A stretch of 64,000 bases of DNA from a virus (Duplodnaviria; Caudoviricetes), in the IMG/VR virus record IMGVR_UViG_3300037418_000840; one strand, given 5' to 3'. Shown here piece by piece: positions 18,847 to 26,392 of this stretch. The stretch's first letter is position 1; every line of letters begins with the position of its first letter. The notes beneath the pieces were generated by a model. The model made no database searches and was not told the origin of the DNA. It saw only the letters and a program-made list of their open reading frames with translations. The position numbers were made by a program, and so were the translations under genes.

Positions 18847-19362
18847 CTATCGTTGACGCTGGATGCGCTTGATCGCGCTCCTAAGTGTGAACTGTGTTTC
18901 GGGCAGCGACAGGAGCCACGCCAAGCCTGGATGGAGCGGCGTAGGCCACTCGCCATACAGAGTCCATGCGTGACCATCGCTCTCATCCGCGAACTTACCC
19001 TCTGCACGCGGTGCGAATTCTGAGGGGACCACCAACAGATTGTTGTAGTAGGTGAACCCACGTCCAAAGTCAATGGACGGCCGTAGGGGCATCAGCTGGG
19101 TGAAGGGTCCAGCATAACCTGTCTCCTCGTTGATCTCACGGAAGAGTGCCTGATTCAGGTCTTCCGCCCCGTCGATACTGCCACCAAAACATCCGTAGGT
19201 GCTCGGTGTGTCACTGTCGGCACTACGCAGTTGGAAGAGGAACTTGAGGCTATCTGCGGCCAAGATCAAGCTGCCGATTGCCTGATGATAGCCGCGAACT
19301 CCCTGTTTCCACTGCTCGCCAACCTTGTGGGCCAAAAGGCGCTGGGCCGCATTTAGTTTCAC
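18847..19362 (-). CDS. Nudix hydrolase with LxAAxRL leader
   Basis: Complete Nudix box GSIDGAEDLNQALFREINEETGY; probable GTG start at 19362 giving (M)KLNAAQRLLA. Confidence 0.85.
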   Translation of the reverse strand: MKLNAAQRLLAHKVGEQWKQGVRGYHQAIGSLILAADSLKFLFQLRSADSDTPSTYGCFGGSIDGAEDLNQALFREINEETGYAGPFTQLMPLRPSIDFGRGFTYYNNLLVVPSEFAPRAEGKFADESDGHAWTLYGEWPTPLHPGLAWLLSLPETQFTLRSAIKRIQRQR

Positions 19363-19364
19363 TG

Positions 19365-19961
19365 TTAGTCCTCCGGGAACATATTCCAAAGCAGTCGTTT
19401 GATATCCTGAGGGACGGTGACAGTACGCGGCTGTTCACCAATCACAACATCGCTGACGTCCTCCAATTGCTTTGGAGTCAGAGGCTTGAGAAACTTGTCG
19501 AGCTTCGACGCAGCTTCCAATCCATGTTCGTCAATAAAGGCCGTTAGGTCTTTCTTGTATTCATCGTGAGATCGAGAACTACCAGAACCTCCAACGTTCT
19601 CATCATGCACCTTGAAGAACGCGAATAGGCTGGGAAAGCTTTTCTCGCTGGCGGCTGCGAGCCGCGTTGCTGCGTTGAGTTTGACCTTCATAGTAGCTCC
19701 ATATGCTGGGCCGAGGATCACCATACTAGCCCCAGCACCTTTCTTGATAGCGGCCTTTGCTTCTGCCTCTGAGTCGTAGAGATTGCTTGAACTGAAATAA
19801 TGATCATGTCCTTGGGCGATGTCTTGCACGTCGCAATCATATGGACAACCGGCTAAGGGTTCCAGTAAACGTATGACCTTGACTTGTCGAGGAAAGACGG
19901 CAGGATATGGACCCGACCTCTTTGCCACTGCCCATTTTATGTCACCTTCGCGTATGGTCAT
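19365..19961 (-). CDS. two-part ORF: 90-aa N-terminal domain fused in frame to an LxAAxRL-leader protein (internal start at 19691)
   Basis: Internal MKVKLNAATRLAA preceded by a GGAG RBS-like sequence. Confidence 0.7.
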   Translation of the reverse strand: MTIREGDIKWAVAKRSGPYPAVFPRQVKVIRLLEPLAGCPYDCDVQDIAQGHDHYFSSSNLYDSEAEAKAAIKKGAGASMVILGPAYGATMKVKLNAATRLAAASEKSFPSLFAFFKVHDENVGGSGSSRSHDEYKKDLTAFIDEHGLEAASKLDKFLKPLTPKQLEDVSDVVIGEQPRTVTVPQDIKRLLWNMFPED

Positions 19962-19965
19962 GTTG

Positions 19966-20487
19966 TTAGTCCATGTTGGTTATCGTGGTTCGATCGCCTT
20001 CAGGTTCGAGGGCCACCGTGTGCTTCCCTTTACGGAACGTGTAGGGATGCGTTGGCGGCTCTTTGATCTTAGTCCAACCGTTGTCCTTCAGGTCGGTGAC
20101 CAGTTGACGAAGCGGGGCTTCGACCACAGCTTCTTCACGTCCTTCCGTTCGCTGATAGTGATAGCCTAAAGTATTGATCCAACCTTCGAACGCGTCACAA
20201 TTGACTTCCATAGCTGACATGACAGTCAATCGCATTGCCGCGTTCAGACGAGTGAAGGGCGACCCACGCTTGAGCTTGCGCTTCGGCGGGCCGAAGTGAG
20301 CGACTTCGGGCTTCGATTCGGCGGTCGCTTGATGCGTGCGCTTCTCGTATATGTGCATGGTCAACGGCCAGTTCTGTTTGCCGCCCTTGGCTCCGGCGTC
20401 CTTCTTGGCCTCATCCCATTCGTGTTCGAGATGCTTGACACTGCCCTTTCCTTCACGGGCGTCCTTCTTGATCTTGCTGGTTGGCAT
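19966..20487 (-). CDS. putative virion protein with an internal LxAAxRL motif
   Basis: Start MPTSKIKK (GGAG RBS); internal TRLNAAMRL; C-terminal LKDNGW...FRKG domain. Confidence 0.7.
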   Translation of the reverse strand: MPTSKIKKDAREGKGSVKHLEHEWDEAKKDAGAKGGKQNWPLTMHIYEKRTHQATAESKPEVAHFGPPKRKLKRGSPFTRLNAAMRLTVMSAMEVNCDAFEGWINTLGYHYQRTEGREEAVVEAPLRQLVTDLKDNGWTKIKEPPTHPYTFRKGKHTVALEPEGDRTTITNMD

Positions 20488-20504
20488 TTGGATCTCCAAA
20501 TGAT

Positions 20505-21089
20505 TTAGACACGTCCCAGACCCTTGGACCTGATGACGAGCTGACTCCGCATGGTCTGGACGCTAAACTTGTCGTTGACCACGAACTGAGCGTCGGCAGA
20601 CAACGGAGTCGGCCAGTCACCAAAAGACACCCATCTGGAATCGGTTGACGCATCGTTGAGTTTGGGCTCGAACTGACGCGGGAACACGGCTAGAAAGTTG
20701 TAGCAGAAGCGGCCGCGCTCAATGTCGTACAGGGTTGTCAGTGGATACAGCTGATAGGTACGATCCTCATCTTCTGGATGATTATACTGAGCAGCGTCAA
20801 GGAATCCTGTTTCATCACTGATGACCCGCTTCAACGCGATCGACGGCTGTTCAGCAAGCGCATCGTTGGTCTGCCACAGAGACCACTTATCCGCATCATC
20901 CCACTTGTCACTTCGCAAACTGAAGAGGAACTTCTTGGTGTCAGCGGCCAGAATCAGGGCCGCGCACCGTATGTTCTTATAGTGATCTGAATCACCGAGC
21001 GGACCTTTGTAGCCCTTGTCCTTCACCTCTTGCTCTGTGATTAGGAGACGAGTTGCTGCACTAAGCTTGAACCGATTACCATTTGACAT
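20505..21089 (-). CDS. degenerate Nudix-fold paralog with LxAAxRL leader
   Basis: Shares LILAAD.. KFLF.LRS and W..FG.WPTPL with 18847-19362, but the box reads RVISDETGF. Confidence 0.75.
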   Translation of the reverse strand: MSNGNRFKLSAATRLLITEQEVKDKGYKGPLGDSDHYKNIRCAALILAADTKKFLFSLRSDKWDDADKWSLWQTNDALAEQPSIALKRVISDETGFLDAAQYNHPEDEDRTYQLYPLTTLYDIERGRFCYNFLAVFPRQFEPKLNDASTDSRWVSFGDWPTPLSADAQFVVNDKFSVQTMRSQLVIRSKGLGRV

Positions 21090-21140
21090 CGAGGTCCTCC
21101 TTATAAGATTGACCTCGCCAACGCCCCGTATCTTGTGTGG

Positions 21141-21548
21141 TTACGTCGTTGGTTTAAGATGGGACAGCTTCTGTAGAATCTGCACGACCGGTGGCGAATA
21201 GTAGACACCGTCTTCCATATAATGGGCTGCGGCTTGTGCAACAGCCTCATATGCCTTGGGGTCACTCCAACTCTTGAAGTCCTGAGCTATAGCGATATAG
21301 GACTTCTTCTTCTGAGTCGAGAAGATCTTCGTGGTCTGAAACGAAAACGTGAGGATGCCACCCTGTCTCAGACAGATGTAAGCAAACCATCCGTTGCCTT
21401 TCCATTGGACGTTTTCGCTTTTGTCGTAAGGGTCAAGGATCTTCTTATAGTCATTCCCGAAGATTGGTTTGAGTTGTTGGAGCAACACTCCGGCATCTGC
21501 CTGTCGTGCAGCGATCAGCCGCGTTGCAGCTTGAAGTTTGACTTTCAT
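21141..21548 (-). CDS. LxAAxRL-leader protein
   Basis: MKVKLQAATRLIA. Confidence 0.8.
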   Translation of the reverse strand: MKVKLQAATRLIAARQADAGVLLQQLKPIFGNDYKKILDPYDKSENVQWKGNGWFAYICLRQGGILTFSFQTTKIFSTQKKKSYIAIAQDFKSWSDPKAYEAVAQAAAHYMEDGVYYSPPVVQILQKLSHLKPTT

Positions 21549-21549
21549 C

Positions 21550-23271
21550 TTATTGCTCCTCGTCCATCATGTAACGTTCCAGCGACTTCGGCGGCCGGAA
21601 TCCGAGTTGAGTAAAGAACGCGATCTGCACTTCGGGATCAATGTAGTTTGCCAACGCGGTGACACCCGTCACACGAGAGCCGTTGGCTCCGCGTCGCACG
21701 TGATTCAGCGCCTTGCCTACAGCTTCACCCATCTTCTTGTAGATGGCCATCGCCTTCGCTTCGTCCTTGATTGGACGCGAGAGAGCTTGCTCCATCAGCT
21801 GAGTGAACAAGGTTGTCCCACGATAAGTACGGAGCTTGTGGACCGTTACGTCCTGAGCGCCGAGACTATGGAAGTAGGTGTTGACGGCCCCACCACCGAC
21901 GAGCAGCATACGATTGCCTTTGACGACGGTCATCAGGCGATCATTGGGCTGCTTGCCGTGCATAAGTTGCATCAATGCAGCGATCACGAACTTCTGTTGT
22001 GGATCAGCCTTGAGCAATCTGTGGGCGGCGGGCACCGCGTCTTTCCCGCGATAGCGGATGATGACGTTGCCTGCCGGATCGACCGTCAAGTGCTTGACCA
22101 GCAACGTCGCAATGCCGAACGTAGACTTGCCGCCCGCATTGTTACCACGACTACCGATCCGAGCACTGAATTCGAACAGGAGTTCGAGGACCACGGCGCA
22201 CACGCAACTGATGTTGTCGGGCTTGAAGCGCTTAACCATCTGGAACCACTTGCGTTGCATCCCTTCGATCTTTGGTGCGAGGTTCGACACGCGAGCGAAC
22301 TTGTCTCGTGCCGCCGCCTTCTTGTAGTCCACAGTGTAGAAGTACGGACCAGGACCTCCGTTGCCACGAAGGGCCTGAAACACGAAGTCTCCGCCGTCGG
22401 CCTGACCGTAGTCCTCGTTCATCTCGACAGATGGGAAGGTCACCGCGTTGGGCACCCCGTCGATCAGGTGTCCTTCGTTCGTGTACATGCGCATCAAGTC
22501 GTCGACCTGACCGGTGAACCCAAGGGGCAGCATGTGGTCGATGCCGTTGACGTGCAGGAAGTCCAACAGTTCTTCGTAGGGGACGAGGTTGTGACCGCTG
22601 TTGCGGACGAACGAAACTGCGGCTTCTTTCCAGATACGCGAATGCTCACGACGGTACGCGAGATACTGCTTGTACACGTCTGGATAGCTCTCTTTCGCAA
22701 TCTTAGCCTCGTCGAGGGTCAGCGCCGTATCATCACGGCCGACCATCTCGTAGACGAGGCGTCGCAGTTCGTTGCCAGACTTGCGCTGGCTACCGACCTT
22801 TGGGGCCAGTCGTTTGCTGATGTAGGGATTGTTGATCAGGCCGGCGAATTTCTTGATCTTGTTGAATGCCGGTTCGCTGTCAGTCCGCAGGTAGGCACCG
22901 AGGGCCTTCAGAATCTCTAGCTCTCGGCTGGTGAATCGTGTGTTTTGGCGGAAGTCCTGAAACTTATCCTTGATGTTCAACCCAAGGATTGCCAACTGCT
23001 CGGCCTTGTTGCGGCCCGCAAGCGCTGCGTTGACCGAATCACGGAGGGCCGGCAGGTCTTTGCCCCATTGACGAACGGCCGACGCTCCCAGATGACGGAG
23101 TTCTTCCGCAGTCTCTGGATCAGGACGACGTTCTGCCCCGTTATCTGCATAGTCGATGCAGAGGACATAGAGAATCTCCAACAAGTTCACCAGTTGTGAC
23201 GCAGCCAGATAGGTTGGCGTCGGTGCTTCTTGATGAACATTGGCCAGCAGTGTATAGATTGGTTGGTCCAT
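21550..23271 (-). CDS. DNA topoisomerase IB with N-terminal extension
   Basis: Catalytic set: RIGS (R), YRGKD (K), HKLRTY (K,R), LNH (H), LANYIDP (Tyr nucleophile). Confidence 0.85.
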   Translation of the reverse strand: MDQPIYTLLANVHQEAPTPTYLAASQLVNLLEILYVLCIDYADNGAERRPDPETAEELRHLGASAVRQWGKDLPALRDSVNAALAGRNKAEQLAILGLNIKDKFQDFRQNTRFTSRELEILKALGAYLRTDSEPAFNKIKKFAGLINNPYISKRLAPKVGSQRKSGNELRRLVYEMVGRDDTALTLDEAKIAKESYPDVYKQYLAYRREHSRIWKEAAVSFVRNSGHNLVPYEELLDFLHVNGIDHMLPLGFTGQVDDLMRMYTNEGHLIDGVPNAVTFPSVEMNEDYGQADGGDFVFQALRGNGGPGPYFYTVDYKKAAARDKFARVSNLAPKIEGMQRKWFQMVKRFKPDNISCVCAVVLELLFEFSARIGSRGNNAGGKSTFGIATLLVKHLTVDPAGNVIIRYRGKDAVPAAHRLLKADPQQKFVIAALMQLMHGKQPNDRLMTVVKGNRMLLVGGGAVNTYFHSLGAQDVTVHKLRTYRGTTLFTQLMEQALSRPIKDEAKAMAIYKKMGEAVGKALNHVRRGANGSRVTGVTALANYIDPEVQIAFFTQLGFRPPKSLERYMMDEEQ

Positions 23272-23324
23272 GTTGTGTTCCGTGGTAGGACGGTAAACGT
23301 GAACTCAAATTGCAGCCAAAACGC

Positions 23325-23355
23325 AAAAAGGCCACTCCCGTCTAGAGAGTGGCCT
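23325..23355 (-). terminator. intrinsic terminator
   Basis: AGGCCACTC/GAGTGGCCT stem followed by TTTT. Confidence 0.8.
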
Positions 23356-23412
23356 CACTTCATCGACGAAGGACGCTCGTCAGCCGTTTGTCATTCGCGA
23401 ATCAACAGCGGA

Positions 23413-24303
23413 TCAGCCGGGCAACGCAAACGTCTCGTCGTCGGCATCGTCCTCGTCGTATTCCACGTCTTCTTCCTGAGCCTGGGCGTCCGCTTCCAGA
23501 ACGGCCGCCATCGGATCGGAAAGGACTTCGCTCGACACGGCATCGAGTCGCGTCTGCTCGTCCAGACGATCTTGATACTCGCCGAGCAACGTATCGGCCT
23601 CGAACATCGTGGCGTAGATGTGACGTTCCGGTGCCATGAAGTTCGGTCCCTTCAGAACCTTGCCCGTCGCTTCGTCCTTGATCGGTTTCTTGTTTTCGTC
23701 CAGCTTGGTGAAGTTGGACCCCATGATCACGGCCAGGATCGATTCGAGCGGGAGACCGAACTTCAGGGCTTCGCTGCGAATGTAGACCACCATGTCGCCG
23801 AACCAATCGCCGAGCGACACGAGGATCAGTCGTTCGAGCCGGCCATTCGGCGTGTCGCCCCATTCCGGGTTCATCATGACCGTGTGGATCGTCCGCGCCA
23901 AGTCCTTCACGCGCTTGTCTTCCGTGGTGCCGATGCCAAAGGCAGCAAGGCCGTTCACCAGTTCGGATTCGGTCGGAATCGGCTGATCCTCGTCGTCGAT
24001 ATCGAGCTCACTGCTGCGGGCGTTCAGCAACTGCATCATGTAACGAATCTCCTGCCCCTCGCTGATCTCGTCGCTGAGCACACCGAGGAACTTGGTCAGG
24101 CGATCGATTGCCTTCTCGGGCTTGCCGTTCGACAGACGCAGGCCATCCAACGTCGGATACGAGTTGATGGGCAGTGCGTACATCTGGTTCATGCGCACGA
24201 TCGACCACGGAAAATAGTGTCCCGCCTCGAGCCCGGTCTTGACGAATTCCGAGGCGAGGGACCCCACGACGTGATCGTAGTGCTTGAGGTTCATGACGTT
24301 CAT
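23413..24303 (-). CDS. MazG-like/PRA-PH-family NTP pyrophosphohydrolase with an internal insertion
   Basis: DEISEG, LGDWFGDMVVY, IMGSNFTKLD...GKVLKGPNF..PE. Confidence 0.75.
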   Translation of the reverse strand: MNVMNLKHYDHVVGSLASEFVKTGLEAGHYFPWSIVRMNQMYALPINSYPTLDGLRLSNGKPEKAIDRLTKFLGVLSDEISEGQEIRYMMQLLNARSSELDIDDEDQPIPTESELVNGLAAFGIGTTEDKRVKDLARTIHTVMMNPEWGDTPNGRLERLILVSLGDWFGDMVVYIRSEALKFGLPLESILAVIMGSNFTKLDENKKPIKDEATGKVLKGPNFMAPERHIYATMFEADTLLGEYQDRLDEQTRLDAVSSEVLSDPMAAVLEADAQAQEEDVEYDEDDADDETFALPG

Positions 24304-24348
24304 GTGCGACCTTTCATAGGAGAAGAGTTGACTGTGTACCGCATCCCC

Positions 24349-24356
24349 TATTTACT
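24349..24356 (-). promoter_or_regulatory. AGTAAATA promoter-like motif
   Basis: Intergenic, about 46 nt upstream of the ATG at 24303. Confidence 0.55.
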
Positions 24357-24368
24357 ATCGCACCAAGA

Positions 24369-24563
24369 CTATAGCTTGACCACCCGACCATCACACAGGA
24401 TGGTCAAGAAATGCCACGGAACGTGGCGTGGATGGTCAGAGTAGGAGTAGCCGCATTGACTACATACGGTGCCCCCACTCGCCCTTAGAAAGTCGGGACA
24501 TTCGAAGTTGCCGCTACGTTGCATCACTTCGAATATGCGCTCGTCCTTATCGGTCAAGAACAT
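24369..24563 (-). CDS. small Cys/His-containing protein
   Basis: Start MFLTDKDER; CSQCG...H...CDG. Confidence 0.6.
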   Translation of the reverse strand: MFLTDKDERIFEVMQRSGNFECPDFLRASGGTVCSQCGYSYSDHPRHVPWHFLTILCDGRVVKL

Positions 24564-24564
24564 C

Positions 24565-25209
24565 TCAAACCTTCGCTTCGACTGGCAACGTAATACGGAC
24601 GAGACTGCGTCGAGTCTGTTGTGTTGCGGGCAGACTCTCATGGACGCCCCATACGTTACACAGGTAAGCCTTATTGGCTTTCATGAGAAACGATGGTGCG
24701 GCATCCAGCTGATCCCGTATGTGTTCACAGTCACCACCCGATCCTGGTACGCAATCGAAGTCACCGACATAGGCACGGCATCCGACTTGATTGGCGAGAA
24801 GGATTAGGCCACCGCCGTCGACTTCTGGATCGTTCCAACCTGGACTTGGTATATCGTGGCCCCCGCTCTTCAACCGTGTCTGCAATCGTGTCTGCGACGG
24901 CGACGGAGCAGGAATTATGTGTGTCGGCGGAATGCTGTGGGCCTGAACCGCAGGTTGCCAGATTCCATCGATGTGAGCGCCCGGCCGGCGATGCGATGTA
25001 CCGGGGACGATCATCTTTTCGTCTATGGTTAGATAGACGATCCCCTCTTTCAGAGGAACGTAGGGCATCAGCTGGTCGATGAGTGGACGATAACGTCCTA
25101 CCCGTGAAGGAAGCTGAGGATCTTGCACGTCGAGCGCGTGCATGTACAGTCGATCCCCGTTGAATTCGGGCAGATGAAAAGTTCCAACTTCGCTAATCTT
25201 GCTCAACAT
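24565..25209 (-). CDS. 2OG-Fe(II) dioxygenase-like protein
   Basis: HID...H triad (GAHIDG; GVHES) and terminal R..VR in a beta-rich context. Confidence 0.6.
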   Translation of the reverse strand: MLSKISEVGTFHLPEFNGDRLYMHALDVQDPQLPSRVGRYRPLIDQLMPYVPLKEGIVYLTIDEKMIVPGTSHRRPGAHIDGIWQPAVQAHSIPPTHIIPAPSPSQTRLQTRLKSGGHDIPSPGWNDPEVDGGGLILLANQVGCRAYVGDFDCVPGSGGDCEHIRDQLDAAPSFLMKANKAYLCNVWGVHESLPATQQTRRSLVRITLPVEAKV

Positions 25210-25210
25210 G

Positions 25211-25855
25211 TCAGGTCCTCTTCTTGATCGAAAGCGGGTTGTGGGCGGGCACCGCATTCCATTCAATGCGACCCATGTCAACGTAGGCACGGCTGAGATT
25301 CGGCAGGATAAGGATCATCCCCACGGGCTTGGCCTTTGGCGTAGCCATCAGGTACTCGATCTTGCGCGATGTCACCGAATCCAGATTCATACCCAGAAGG
25401 GCGGCCCACGCAAGACTACGCTGGCGGAAACGTGCTACCACTTCGCCCAGTGAGGTTTCCCGGTTCTTGGACGACGTGTCGCAGATCTCGAACCAACCAT
25501 CAGCTGCTGGAAATATGTGGTATCGACCAGGAGGCTCGGGCAAATCCCTGATCGTTGGCGCTTCCCATAAAACGTCCTGGACGCGGTCTTCATCATCAAC
25601 AACCGTGACCGCGACTACGGTCCCATCTTCTTGGGCTACAACACGAAGACTAGCCTTGAGCAAGGTCAGGGCCGCGTCCATTGGTAACTGATCACGGTGC
25701 GCTATCGCATCGATTGTCGATCCGGCTGCGATCAAGTCCTTGATTCGATTGACCTGTGATATCGCTTGGTGCAAGCCGGCCTTCTTCTCCAGAGGCGCTA
25801 GACCAGCGGCATGTGAGAGATTGGTAATCACATGATCCAAAGTTGCGATGTCCAT
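25211..25855 (-). CDS. hypothetical protein
   Basis: 214-aa ORF with GGGAG RBS. Confidence 0.65.
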   Translation of the reverse strand: MDIATLDHVITNLSHAAGLAPLEKKAGLHQAISQVNRIKDLIAAGSTIDAIAHRDQLPMDAALTLLKASLRVVAQEDGTVVAVTVVDDEDRVQDVLWEAPTIRDLPEPPGRYHIFPAADGWFEICDTSSKNRETSLGEVVARFRQRSLAWAALLGMNLDSVTSRKIEYLMATPKAKPVGMILILPNLSRAYVDMGRIEWNAVPAHNPLSIKKRT

Positions 25856-25932
25856 CGCTTCACTCCCTAAGTTGTACGAGGATCACGACTGCTAAGTTTG
25901 CACGGCCCGGGGTATTCGTTAGACGTCAAACG

Positions 25933-26322
25933 TCAGAGGCTGTGAGTACGTGACGCCTTGGTCTTGCCGCGTTTCGCGATGCCGTCCAAGTATTCATCAC
26001 GCGCCACTTTCTTCTTTGAAGTCTTGGCAGCGACTTTCTTTGCCGGAGGCTTGCTCTTTGTCTTAGCCGACTTGGATTCACGGTCGTCGAGGTCCAGCAC
26101 CTTGAAGTCTGTGTTCTCGTCGGTTGCCATGTTGATCACGTGTTGACCAATGCGGGCCGCTACTTCGACGTTGATGGTCAACCCGTTCCTGCCAAACTTC
26201 CAAACGTCAGGCTCCTTCTGCGTGCGATACATCTGACGGATGGACACCATCTGCTGGTCTCCGATCTGGACGGGTTCAATGCGATAACCCTTCGTGTCGC
26301 TTACCTTAACAATCTTGGCCAT
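25933..26322 (-). CDS. PC4-like ssDNA-binding protein with Lys-rich tail
   Basis: VSIRQMY...WKFGRNGLTI resembles the PC4/p15 core. Confidence 0.6.
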   Translation of the reverse strand: MAKIVKVSDTKGYRIEPVQIGDQQMVSIRQMYRTQKEPDVWKFGRNGLTINVEVAARIGQHVINMATDENTDFKVLDLDDRESKSAKTKSKPPAKKVAAKTSKKKVARDEYLDGIAKRGKTKASRTHSL

Positions 26323-26392
26323 TATATGTCTCGTTCTCGATCGATGATCTCTAGGAGAGGCCCCCGTGGACCTCTCTCGTGCAGCCTATACG

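Noticed and set aside
17490-21548. Repeated DNA string (GCGTTGAGTTTGACCTTCAT-like) as a CRISPR or DNA repeat element
   Set aside because: It always encodes the MKVKLN peptide at a start codon, with synonymous variation and irregular spacing; explained by the protein leader
21550-23271. Tyrosine recombinase/integrase interpretation
   Set aside because: The K-L-R-T-Y and Y-I-D-P contexts match Topo IB better; no att-like sites or lysogeny genes nearby
24309-24321. Near-copy of the RBS hairpin (CCUAUGAAAGG)
   Set aside because: Lacks the loop C and has only a 2-bp stem; not counted among the seven
21538-24444. Plus-strand ORFs of 460 and 404 aa
   Set aside because: They lie exactly opposite the topoisomerase and pyrophosphatase, which carry recognisable catalytic motifs; shadow frames
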